This document shows, one piece after another, positions 1 through 7,993 of a stretch of DNA of 64,000 nt. A program made the translations under genes and the position numbers. The stretch covers positions 443 to 64,442 of the forward strand of contig CANQNQ010000004.1 of the NCBI GenBank assembly GCA_947625225.1. The letters are read 5' to 3'. The stretch's first letter is position 1. Each line of letters begins with the position of its first letter. The notes under the pieces are model-generated. The model saw nothing but the letters and a program-made list of their open reading frames with translations, searched no databases and was not told the DNA's origin. Origin of the DNA: an uncultured Clostridia bacterium (lineage in GTDB: Bacteria > Bacillota > Clostridia > Christensenellales > CAG-917).

Positions 1-479
1 AATTCCTTGGCGTCATCAAAATCAACGCGTCCGCTGCCGAGGATATAATCGCGCATGCTGTCCATCGCATAGTCCAACGGGTTTTGCACGATTCCCGCCT
101 TGACGGGGTTGTTTTGGATATACAGGGCGCAATTTATCAAATATTGTTCATCCATTATCGCCTGGCTTTTGTACCTGTCGCGGAACACATACCCGACGCG
201 CTGTTTCATATAATTGTAGTATTGCGCATACATCGTGTTGACTTTGCGCATAAACTCGCCAAGCGCCTCAACATCGGGCACGTGCAACAACATGTGGCAG
301 TGATTGTCCATCACGCAATACGCCAGCAGCTTCACCTCAAACTCCTGCTTGCGGTCAACCACCAGCTGCATATATCTTTCCTTAAAATGCGGAGCGGAAA
401 AGATGTTCTCTTTGTTGATCCCTTGCACTATAACGTGAAAAAATTCAGTCTCAAACGCGCAACGCGGCAATCTGGACAT
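1..479 (-). CDS. IS200/IS605-family Y1 (HUH) tyrosine transposase, REP-associated (RayT-like); 3' end lies beyond the window start
   Basis: Own translation of the minus strand from ATG 479-477. It is open to position 1, and absent from the ORF track because there is no stop in the window. Sequence: MSRLPRCAFETEFFHVIVQGINKENIF...KLLAYCVMDNHCHMLLHVPD...CALYIQNNPVKAGIVQNP. The HUH motif (HCH) and the catalytic-Tyr helix Y-x3-NP-x-KAG are hallmarks of PF01797/COG1943. Confidence 0.8.
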   Translation of the reverse strand, partial: MSRLPRCAFETEFFHVIVQGINKENIFSAPHFKERYMQLVVDRKQEFEVKLLAYCVMDNHCHMLLHVPDVEALGEFMRKVNTMYAQYYNYMKQRVGYVFRDRYKSQAIMDEQYLINCALYIQNNPVKAGIVQNPLDYAMDSMRDYILGSGRVDFDDAKE

Positions 480-542
480 AAGACAAATCTCCTTTGTGAT
501 TTCTTGCTAAAATTATACATCTTTTTCCTTTTTTTGTCAATT

Positions 543-591
543 GGGGACGGGGCAAAAATGTTAAATTTTTTTACTTTTTTGCTCCGTCCCC
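543..591. repeat. REP-like palindrome, copy A
   Basis: GGGGACGGGGC (543-553) is the inverted complement of GCTCCGTCCCC (581-591), matching 10/11. Both arms are followed by AAATGTTAAATTTT-like sequence. Confidence 0.75.
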
Positions 592-746
592 AAATGTTAA
601 ATTTTGCTGTTTTCGCCCGACTCAAAGTCACCCTTTCAAACTCTCTTCACTATCAATCAACATGCACAACAATTTCCTGTCGCCAACAATGCACAACATT
701 CCTCTCTTCCTCTTCGGGGACGCGAGCAACCATGCTCTTCCGCTTT

Positions 747-816
747 GGGGACGGAGCAAAAATGTTACATTTGTCTTTGCCAAATCTAACATTTCAGGCG
801 GTGTTGCTCCGTCCCC
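747..816. repeat. REP-like palindrome, copy B (larger loop)
   Basis: GGGGACGGAGCAAAAATGTTACATTT (747-772) faces TAACATTT...GCTCCGTCCCC (787-816). A degenerate GGGGACGCGAGCAA lies at 713-726. Confidence 0.7.
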
Positions 817-994
817 TAATCACCCAACTCTATGCGTCCTTCGACCACCAAACCTATGTATCACTTAAATTGTCAAACCTAATACGCTCCAACCGCCAAA
901 CTTCATATATATTGACGAGAAAATTTCGGTTTCCACTCCCCTTCAAATCTTCATTTGACTTATCTAATTTCGTCCCAAACTCACCGTACATTTT

Positions 995-1039
995 TTCTAT
1001 TGAGAATTTTGGTAAAATGTTACCTTTTTCTCAATAGAA
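995..1039. repeat. 12-bp-arm perfect inverted repeat with nested GGTAA/TTACC stem
   Basis: TTCTATTGAGAA (995-1006) and TTCTCAATAGAA (1028-1039) are exact reverse complements. The loop contains AAAATGTTAC, the same word as in the REP-like copies. Confidence 0.7.
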
Positions 1040-1088
1040 CAAATTATGCTTAACATTGAAACCATCAAAAATTTCACTACGAGCACAC

Positions 1089-1116
1089 AAAAAATCGCAC
1101 CTGAGTGCGATTTTTT
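1089..1116. terminator. Bidirectional intrinsic terminator
   Basis: A-run, stem TCGCAC (1095-1100), loop CTGA, stem GTGCGA (1105-1110), T-run. On the minus strand it ends the transcript of the PH-domain gene after a ~180-nt 3' UTR. Confidence 0.7.
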
Positions 1117-1134
1117 GATAAATTTTTATCTTTT

Positions 1135-1293
1135 TCAGCTATGTTATTCCTTTTTTTCGGTTGTGATTTTTCCCTTCTTTCTCGGCTATGTTATTCCTTC
1201 TTTCTTGGATATGTCATTCTCCCTTTTTCGGCTAAGTTATTTCTTTTTTTTCGGTTATGCTATCCTTATTTTGCGGCTGTTTTTCTCTCGATT
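1135..1293. repeat. About seven degenerate tandem ~23-bp repeats
   Basis: Units resemble TCGGCTATGTTATTCCTTCTTTC (plus strand). Read on the minus strand they are purine-rich with repeated A(A/G)GGA words. All minus-strand frames contain stops. Confidence 0.8.
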
Positions 1294-1980
1294 TCAGCTG
1301 TCGGATCGGTTGGGATTTGAGGTCTCGTTTTCCGCTTGCTCAAACGGATTGGCGGTGTAAGTCGTGGCATAGCCGGGATTGCTGTCGGGGCGCAGCGCGT
1401 TGGGATAACTTATGTCCGCAAGGACGTCCTGCGCTATCTTTTGCAGCTTGGCGGCAAGTCTGTATGGATCCGTCTGGTCAAATATGACCGCCTTGTCGGT
1501 GGGCGTGGTCAGATAGATGTCCCCCACTCGGAACAGTCTGTCGAACAGCCCCACCTTGACGTTGACGCTCTGGATCTTGTCGTAGAACACAAATTTGTAG
1601 TCCACGATGATGCCCGTCCTGATGATTATGCGCTTTTGCGTAAAAACATATTCGATATGTTTAAGCTCCATCGCCGCCTTGACGATGCCCACTATCCACA
1701 CCCACACAGGCGCGAGGTGTATCACAAAAAACACGCAAATCATGGCGATCATCGACTTGGGCATATCCCCGCCCGACAGCGCGAGCATCGTGATGAAGCC
1801 CGCGTCGAACACCAGCCAGATCAGCGCGATGGGCATCATCTTGAGCACCGCCGCCAGCATATATGCCTTACGCTGCGGCTTGCTGCGCCACAGCACGCTT
1901 TCGCCCTCCATCAGCACGTCCTCGACGGCGTTGCTGCGCATGGCGTCGGATCCAAAATATTTTTCGTCGATCTTTTTCAT
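1294..1980 (-). CDS. Membrane protein with bacterial PH domain (bPH_2, YdbS/YdbT-like)
   Basis: ORF 1294..2007 trimmed to MKKIDEKYF, which is preceded by AAAGGAG. Two TM helices (MLAAVLKMMPIALIWLVF.., MIAMICVFFVIHLAPVWVWIVGIV) are followed by the YVFTQKRIIIRTG...VGDIYL pattern typical of PF03703. Confidence 0.65.
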   Translation of the reverse strand: MKKIDEKYFGSDAMRSNAVEDVLMEGESVLWRSKPQRKAYMLAAVLKMMPIALIWLVFDAGFITMLALSGGDMPKSMIAMICVFFVIHLAPVWVWIVGIVKAAMELKHIEYVFTQKRIIIRTGIIVDYKFVFYDKIQSVNVKVGLFDRLFRVGDIYLTTPTDKAVIFDQTDPYRLAAKLQKIAQDVLADISYPNALRPDSNPGYATTYTANPFEQAENETSNPNRSDS

Positions 1981-2157
1981 ATCCCGCTCCTTTTTGTGTA
2001 AACGCAAGTGTGTTTTGCAACAATTTTATATTATATCACTCCTCAAAAAAATTGCAATGATTTTGCCCTTTCCGCTTTACAAGCGGGAGATTTTGTCCAA
2101 AGCGGCGGCGCGGCGCAAAAAATAATCAAATTTGTGCGCTCAACTTTCAAATTTCAC

Positions 2158-2186
2158 TTGCTTATTTCAAACAATAATTGTAAAAT
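2158..2186 (+). promoter_or_regulatory. Sigma-A-type promoter candidate for gap
   Basis: TTGCTT (2158-2163), 17-bp spacer, TAAAAT (2181-2186), about 55 nt upstream of the gap ATG. Confidence 0.45.
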
Positions 2187-2242
2187 GATTGCGGCTGAAA
2201 ATGTAAGCCTTAACAAAAAAACACCTTTATGGAGGAATAACT

Positions 2243-3298
2243 ATGGCAAACGTAAAAGTCGCTATCAACGGTTTCGGTCGTATCGGTCGTCTGGCTTTCA
2301 GACAGATGTTCGGCGCAAAGGGCTATCGCATCGTCGCGATCAATGACCTCACCAGCCCCAAGATGCTGGCTCACCTGCTCAAGTACGATTCCACGCAGGG
2401 CAACTACGCCAATCAGCACACTGTGGAATACGGCGAGGCTGTCCTTAACGAGGACGGCACTGTCAAGGAAGACGGCTACATCGTGGTCGACGGTCAGAAG
2501 ATCACCGTCTACGCCAAGGCAAAGGCAGCGGAACTCCCCTGGAAGAAGCTGCACGTCGACGTAGTGCTTGAGTGCACGGGCTTCTACACCTCGAAGGCGA
2601 AGGCGCAGGCTCACATCGACGCAGGCGCGCGCAAGGTCGTCATCTCCGCACCCGCAGGCAACGATCTGCCCACCATCGTTTACAACGTCAACCATCAGAC
2701 GCTCAAAGCCGAGGACAAGATCATCTCCGCGGCAAGCTGCACCACCAACTGCCTGGCGCCCATGGCAAAAGCGCTCAACGATTATGCGCCCATTGTGTCC
2801 GGTATCATGACCACCGTTCACGCCTACACCGGCGACCAGATGCCTCTTGACGGACCGCAAAGAAAGGGCGATCTGCGCAGATCCCGCGCGGCGGCGATCA
2901 ACATCGTGCCCAACAGCACCGGCGCAGCAAAGGCGATCGGCCTTGTCATCCCCGAACTGAACGGCAAGCTCATCGGCTCCGCACAGCGCGTCCCCACCCC
3001 CACCGGTTCCACCACCATCCTCGTGGCAGTCGTCAAGGGCGAGAACATCACCAAGGAAGGCATCAACGCCGCAATGAAGGCTGAAGCCACCGAGTCCTTT
3101 GCCTACAACGAGGACGAGATCGTGTCCAGCGACATCATCGGCAGCCGCTACGGCTCCATCTTTGACGCCACCCAGACCATGGTGTCCAAGATCGACGACA
3201 ACACCTATCAGGTGCAGGTGGTCAGCTGGTACGACAACGAGAACAGCTACACCTCTCAGATGGTGCGCACCATCAAGTACTTCTCCGAGCTTAAGTGA
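2243..3298 (+). CDS. gap: Type I glyceraldehyde-3-phosphate dehydrogenase
   Basis: [20 protein letters not shown]..., active-site SCTTNCLAP, and the full 351-aa length. RBS GGAGGA lies 7 nt upstream. Confidence 0.97.
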   Translation: MANVKVAINGFGRIGRLAFRQMFGAKGYRIVAINDLTSPKMLAHLLKYDSTQGNYANQHTVEYGEAVLNEDGTVKEDGYIVVDGQKITVYAKAKAAELPWKKLHVDVVLECTGFYTSKAKAQAHIDAGARKVVISAPAGNDLPTIVYNVNHQTLKAEDKIISAASCTTNCLAPMAKALNDYAPIVSGIMTTVHAYTGDQMPLDGPQRKGDLRRSRAAAINIVPNSTGAAKAIGLVIPELNGKLIGSAQRVPTPTGSTTILVAVVKGENITKEGINAAMKAEATESFAYNEDEIVSSDIIGSRYGSIFDATQTMVSKIDDNTYQVQVVSWYDNENSYTSQMVRTIKYFSELK

Positions 3299-3312
3299 TC
3301 GGACAATTCATG

Positions 3313-3346
3313 AAAAAAACGGTGGCAATTTGCCGCCGTTTTTTTA
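3313..3346 (+). terminator. Intrinsic terminator after gap
   Basis: AAAAAACGGTGGCA ATTT GCCGCCGTTTTTTT: a GC-rich stem followed by a T-run. Confidence 0.8.
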
Positions 3347-3393
3347 TACTGTATCGTATTTTGTCCACGTCTCTGCCATTTGACAAAAACCCG

Positions 3394-3418
3394 AAAAACT
3401 CAATACAGGTTGCAAAAA
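3394..3418 (+). repeat. CAATACAGGT-core interspersed motif (exact core 3401-3410)
   Basis: AAAAACT CAATACAGGT TGCAAAAA sits between the two terminators of the gap/kinase convergent gap. Confidence 0.8.
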
Positions 3419-3444
3419 CGGCGACAATTCGTCGCCGTTTTTGT
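3412..3444. terminator. Bidirectional intrinsic terminator (serves the kinase operon on the minus strand)
   Basis: AAAAACGGCGAC AATT GTCGCCGTTTTT: a perfect 9-bp GC stem flanked by an A-run and a T-run. Confidence 0.8.
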
Positions 3445-3473
3445 TCTCTCATGCGTCAAGAGCGTTCCGTCTC

Positions 3474-4559
3474 TCAATCCGCCAAAAACGATATCTTGCC
3501 GTACACCGCTATGCTCAAAAAGTCTATCATCCACACAAACGGGAACAGCGCCATACACAAAAGCCCAAACATCAGCGTCGCCAGGTTGCGCGTCTCAAAC
3601 CACCTGACAATGCGATACAGCGACGCCATAAGCCACCCGAAAAGCAGCTCCACCAGCAACTTCTGCCACAGCTTAAGCGCATTGAAGCCCGTCGTCAGCG
3701 ACTTTTTGGATGTGTCGTCTATGTCCGGCTCTACAGGCAACGTCACGTAAAATGTGCTGCCCTTGCCCAACTTGCTGTGCACGGATATGTTTCCGCCGTG
3801 ATCAAGCACAATTTCCTTTGTTATATACAGTCCCAGCCCGCTGCTCTTGCTGTCCGTCCTTGCCTTGTCCGACCTGAAATATTGGTCAAACACATATGGC
3901 AGGTCCTCCTTGGCGATACCGTCGCCGTGATCCTTTACGGATATAACATACTTTTTTGCCCAAAGGCGGCAGCTTACCGTCACGGTACTGCCCGCGGGCG
4001 AGTACTTGATGGCGTTGGTGACGAGGTTTTGCATGACTCTTCCAAACTGTTTGCTGTCCAGCCGCAGCCTTGCGTCCTCGATTTTTCCAAGTTTTACGGT
4101 TATATTTTTGCTGTCCGCAAATTGCTGCAGGCGGCGCGTCACCTCCGAAAAGTACACGCGTCCGCTCTGTATCGTCTTGCCGCTCGCCTGTTCCTCCAGC
4201 GCCTTGCGCGAGGACGACACCATCTCCAGCACCATATCGTTCATCTGTTGCGTGCGCTGAAGTATCAGCGAGGCGTAGTCCTTATCGTCCATGCCGTCGC
4301 TCAGGCACTCCGCATAGCCCGCGATGACAGCAAGCGGCGTTTTCATGTCGTGCGCGACGGACGCGATGGCGTTGTTGGCGCGCTTTGTTGTGTCCAGCTG
4401 TTCGTCCTGCATTTTGAGCATAGTGAGGCGCAGCTTTTCAAGCCGCTTGCATATCGAGCGGTATACGCCCACGCCCTCGATCTTGAAAGGCACGGCAAGG
4501 TTGCCTTCCTGCAACCTTGTAAGCCCTGCCTCTATTCTGGACATCCTGGATTTCAACAT
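3474..4559 (-). CDS. Sensor histidine kinase with a cytoplasmic N-terminal core and a C-terminal double-TM anchor
   Basis: H-box SVAHDMKTPLAVI, N-box MQNLVTNAIKYS, and G-boxes DHGDGI / GLGLYITKEIV. The last ~70 aa form two hydrophobic helices (LWQKLLVELLFGWLMASLY, LATLMFGLLCMALFPFVWMIDFLSIAVYG). Confidence 0.85.
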   Translation of the reverse strand: MLKSRMSRIEAGLTRLQEGNLAVPFKIEGVGVYRSICKRLEKLRLTMLKMQDEQLDTTKRANNAIASVAHDMKTPLAVIAGYAECLSDGMDDKDYASLILQRTQQMNDMVLEMVSSSRKALEEQASGKTIQSGRVYFSEVTRRLQQFADSKNITVKLGKIEDARLRLDSKQFGRVMQNLVTNAIKYSPAGSTVTVSCRLWAKKYVISVKDHGDGIAKEDLPYVFDQYFRSDKARTDSKSSGLGLYITKEIVLDHGGNISVHSKLGKGSTFYVTLPVEPDIDDTSKKSLTTGFNALKLWQKLLVELLFGWLMASLYRIVRWFETRNLATLMFGLLCMALFPFVWMIDFLSIAVYGKISFLAD

Positions 4560-4569
4560 ATTATCCTAT

Positions 4570-4622
4570 ATTTTGCCACTCATATTGCAAATTTTGCAAT
4601 ACAGGTCATCATTTTGCCACTC
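4570..4622 (+). repeat. CAATACAGGT-core motif (exact core 4597-4606) within three ATTTTGC words phased at 20-21 bp
   Basis: ATTTTGCC at 4570, ATTTTGCA at 4591 and ATTTTGCC at 4611. ATTTTGCCACTC occurs twice. It lies in the 61-bp gap between the regulator stop and the kinase start. Confidence 0.8.
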
Positions 4623-5298
4623 AATCCTGCCACTTGTAGCCAAGGCCCCACACGGTGACAACGTTGTTGACGCCAACCTTTGCAAGCTTCTCCCTGAGCC
4701 TTGTGATAGTCACGGCGACGGTGTTTTCGTCTATATATTCCGCGACGCCCCACACCTCGTCGATGAGTTTCTGCTTGGGGATTATCTGGTTTTCATTGAG
4801 AGTAAGGTAGTCAAGCATCTTGAACTCCTTGGCAGTGAGGGCGATGGGTTTGTCGTCCACCTTTGCCTCGAAGCGGTTGGAGCATATCATCAGCCTGCCA
4901 TAGTAGCGGTCGCCCGCCGTCTGTCTGGTGTTGAGGTCGTAGTAGCGCCTGAGCTGCGCGTTGACCCTCATCACCATCTCCTTGAAGGAAAACGGTTTCG
5001 TTATGTAGTCGTCGGCGCCCAACGCGAACATCCTTTCCTTGTCCTCCTCGGCTACCTTTGCGGACACCACTATGACGGGTATCGTCATCGTTTGACGCAA
5101 GGTCTCGCACACCTCGTAGCCGTCTATGACGGGCATCATGATGTCCAGAAGCACCAGATCCGGGCGCATGTTTTTGGCGATATCCAGCGCCTGCGCGCCG
5201 TCGTACGCCTGATACACCGTGTGCCCCGCCTTTATAAGGTAGTTGCGCATCATGTCGGAAATTTCGAGATTGTCCTCAGCGATAAGAATTTTCCTCAT
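4621..5298 (-). CDS. OmpR/PhoB-family response regulator
   Basis: ORF trimmed to MRKILIAEDN, preceded by GGAGAAAGG. It has a receiver domain (DLVLLDIMMP) and a winged-helix C-terminus (LTAKEFKMLDYL...VWG...TVAVTITRLREKL). Confidence 0.93.
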   Translation of the reverse strand: MRKILIAEDNLEISDMMRNYLIKAGHTVYQAYDGAQALDIAKNMRPDLVLLDIMMPVIDGYEVCETLRQTMTIPVIVVSAKVAEEDKERMFALGADDYITKPFSFKEMVMRVNAQLRRYYDLNTRQTAGDRYYGRLMICSNRFEAKVDDKPIALTAKEFKMLDYLTLNENQIIPKQKLIDEVWGVAEYIDENTVAVTITRLREKLAKVGVNNVVTVWGLGYKWQD

Positions 5299-5368
5299 AG
5301 TCCTTTCTCCGTTTACAAATTGCATTCTTTTTGTGCCGTCATGCGTCAAATTTCACGTCTTAAGTGCA

Positions 5369-6271
5369 TTATACTACATTATCTTGATTTACACCACATA
5401 TTTTTTGCGCTTCGGCGATTTTTTTATCCGCGTTTTCAAAGTAGCGGATATACGCCTTTTTGCAATACTTTGCGTGCTTATTGGGCTGGGGAGCGCCGTC
5501 GTAGTCCATATTGTAGTTGCCGTTTATCCTCCACCCGTTTAGCATGGCTATATTGAACGCGTCCGTCGGGCATCCGAAGGAGCAGCGCGTACACATCAGA
5601 CACTTGCCGCCAAAGGAGAATTTGCCGTCCTCGCCGATATGGATATTGCCCATAGGGCACACGCGCTGACACTTGCCGCAATGTATGCACTTGTCCGCGT
5701 CCACCCTGAACATTCTGCCGTTTACGCGCATTGCGGGATGCTCTATGCGGAACAGCCAGGCGATGGCGTGCCCGAACGCCACTCTTTCAAGCAGATGGCT
5801 CTTTCCCGCGAGGACCTCTCTCGCCTCGATGGGGGCAAGCGCCTTTGCGGTGCGCCACATATGCGTCGCCACGTCGTCGGTGTGACGGAAGATCATGTTG
5901 TAGGGCATGACGTAGTGGTACTCGCTTTGAAGCTCGTATCCCTTGCGCTTCAATATGCCGTTCATCTTAAGCGACGAGATGTTGTTCAGTTTTATCGGTT
6001 CCCCCGACGATTTCAGCACAAAATAGCGCTTTTTCTCAACACAGGGTAACATTTTGGCAAGATCCAGCATTATGTGCGGGGCGTTGAATCCGTGTATGGG
6101 ATACGCAAACCCCACAAGGTCGAAGTCGTTTGGATCGGGCAGATCTTCCAGCGCGCCCCTCACGTCGTACAGTGTGGTCGCGACGCCGTTTGCCTCAAAC
6201 TCATCCTTATACAGCGAGCAAATGCGCCTTGTGTTGCCCGTCCCCGAAAATACGTAAATGATCGCGTTCAT
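5369..6271 (-). CDS. EFR1-family ferredoxin (flavodoxin-like domain plus 2x[4Fe-4S])
   Basis: N-terminal IYVFSGTGNT, and two CxxCxxCxxxCP motifs (CIHCGKCQRVCP, CLMCTRCSFGCP). RBS GAGGT is present. Confidence 0.75.
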   Translation of the reverse strand: MNAIIYVFSGTGNTRRICSLYKDEFEANGVATTLYDVRGALEDLPDPNDFDLVGFAYPIHGFNAPHIMLDLAKMLPCVEKKRYFVLKSSGEPIKLNNISSLKMNGILKRKGYELQSEYHYVMPYNMIFRHTDDVATHMWRTAKALAPIEAREVLAGKSHLLERVAFGHAIAWLFRIEHPAMRVNGRMFRVDADKCIHCGKCQRVCPMGNIHIGEDGKFSFGGKCLMCTRCSFGCPTDAFNIAMLNGWRINGNYNMDYDGAPQPNKHAKYCKKAYIRYFENADKKIAEAQKICGVNQDNVV

Positions 6272-6279
6272 ATTTTACC

Positions 6280-7851
6280 TCAAAACTTTTTGTACTGCGC
6301 GACGTGGTTGCTGTCAAAATAGTACGTGCAATTTTCGCCCGTAGCATGGGTGTCGTACCACACCTGCGCGTAAAACGGCATAAATTTGGACAATCTGTCA
6401 TAGTCCCAAGGCTGGGGCTGGCAGCACTCCGGGCACCAATGTCCCGCCTTAAGCACCGTGTACGGCGAGGCGAAAAAGCGATGTCCGTCGTGGCATTCCC
6501 ACTCCAACTTGGTGTACAGATCTCCCTTGGTCATGCTTTGGGACACACACCTACCGCCCCTGAACGCCGCCGCGGACTGCATATCCTCTATGTCAAGCTC
6601 GCTGTCCGGTTTGCTCTCGTCGTAGCCGTGGTCGAGGTGATAGCCGTGCTCCGCGACCTTGGTGATGTCGCGCATATCGTCGTAGTCTATCTCGCCGTCC
6701 GCGAGCTGTCCCTTGGCGAGTACGGGGAAGTGTTCCCAATCGGTGGGCATACAATCGAGGTTGTCGGGACTTCCGAAAAACGCCTTTACCCTGCCCGTCT
6801 GGTTGGTGTTGACCCATCTCCTTGGCGCGTTTTCATCCTTAAGCAACCTCTCGATGGCGAGCTTTGAGATAAGCTTGGAGGGGAAGATCTTTGCCACCTG
6901 GTAGTAGCTGTGCTTGCGCAATATCTCCTGCCAATAGTCCTTTATATCCTCTTTCTGAAAGTCGAAATAGTCGTTGAGGATGTCGCTGTCCTCAAACCAC
7001 ATGCAATGGAAGTTCCTCAGCGAATTCCACTGCGGCTGCATAAACTTTTCCGTGGAGCCGCCTATGATGCGGAAGCCCTGATCGAAGGTATCGTAGCCCG
7101 TCACTCTGTTGCGCGCGCCGCCGCCTATGTTGTAGCACTTGCGCCAGAATGCGTCCTCCAACTCGCCCGCGGCGTCCTTTGCGACGAGGTTTTTCATCAG
7201 CCTGCCGCTGTCGCGCGCCGTCACCCACTCGATGGGAGCGTTGAAGCAGGTGTGGAACATAAGCCCGTCCTTCATGTTGTTGGTAAGCATGCGGTTGTGC
7301 AGCATACCCGTCTGGCGCAGCACCGCCCAATACTTGACGTCGCTGTCCAGCACGTATCTCTCGCCCTTTATCTTGCTGGCGGAATACTCGTCGTACACGC
7401 TGGATATAAGCGGATCGCCCACCCTGCCCCAGGGATGCTTGTAGTTGCGGTTGCCGTATATAGCCACAGTTGATATATGCACCAGCTTTGGCTGCTTGTC
7501 CTTTATCTCGCTGACGCAATCAACGATGTTTATCGCGCCGACGCGGTTGCACTCGTCCGCCCGATCGGGATAGTGGTCCGCAAGCGGAGGAATGACCGCG
7601 GCGAGGTTGAGCACATAGTCCGTGCCCGCCACCAGCTGACGACATTTCTCCTTGTCGGCGAGGTTGCCGAATATTATCTCCACGCGCTGTCCGTACTTCT
7701 TTTTGCAGTCGCGCGCATAGCGGCGTTCTCTCGCCTCGTTCAGAAGGATCAGCTTCACCTTTTGCACGCATTCCAGCTCCATAAGCTGCAGCATGGTCTC
7801 CATGCCCATATTTCCGCTTGCGCCTGTCAGCGCCACAACGACGTTTTTCAT
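6280..7851 (-). CDS. NAD-dependent epimerase/dehydratase-family protein with a ~190-aa Cys/His-containing C-terminal extension
   Basis: ORF trimmed to MKNVVVALTGASGNMG (Rossmann GxxGxxG) after AGGAGG. It contains the YSASK catalytic-like motif. The C-terminus carries WECHDGHRFF...GHWCPECC, which looks like a zinc ribbon. Confidence 0.7.
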   Translation of the reverse strand: MKNVVVALTGASGNMGMETMLQLMELECVQKVKLILLNEARERRYARDCKKKYGQRVEIIFGNLADKEKCRQLVAGTDYVLNLAAVIPPLADHYPDRADECNRVGAINIVDCVSEIKDKQPKLVHISTVAIYGNRNYKHPWGRVGDPLISSVYDEYSASKIKGERYVLDSDVKYWAVLRQTGMLHNRMLTNNMKDGLMFHTCFNAPIEWVTARDSGRLMKNLVAKDAAGELEDAFWRKCYNIGGGARNRVTGYDTFDQGFRIIGGSTEKFMQPQWNSLRNFHCMWFEDSDILNDYFDFQKEDIKDYWQEILRKHSYYQVAKIFPSKLISKLAIERLLKDENAPRRWVNTNQTGRVKAFFGSPDNLDCMPTDWEHFPVLAKGQLADGEIDYDDMRDITKVAEHGYHLDHGYDESKPDSELDIEDMQSAAAFRGGRCVSQSMTKGDLYTKLEWECHDGHRFFASPYTVLKAGHWCPECCQPQPWDYDRLSKFMPFYAQVWYDTHATGENCTYYFDSNHVAQYKKF

Positions 7852-7993
7852 ATTTTGCCTCCTGTCGCTTTTGCTTTTACACCTACATTTTGACACGCCC
7901 ATCTTACGACGTTATGACCAAATGCTTACAATTTTCTTACATTTTCGGCGTCGGAAGGCAAAATATTTGTATATTTATTTTGATTTCATATAT

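Noticed and set aside
84-1037. 317-aa plus-strand ORF (TTG start) spanning the transposase region and the palindrome cluster
   Set aside because: It is antisense to a well-supported Y1 transposase over its first 400 nt. The rest runs through repeat and palindrome DNA. The sequence is low-complexity with no RBS and no recognisable motifs.
1135-1293. CRISPR array
   Set aside because: The repeats are directly tandem (~23 bp) with no intervening spacers, are degenerate rather than near-identical, and there are no cas genes in the window.
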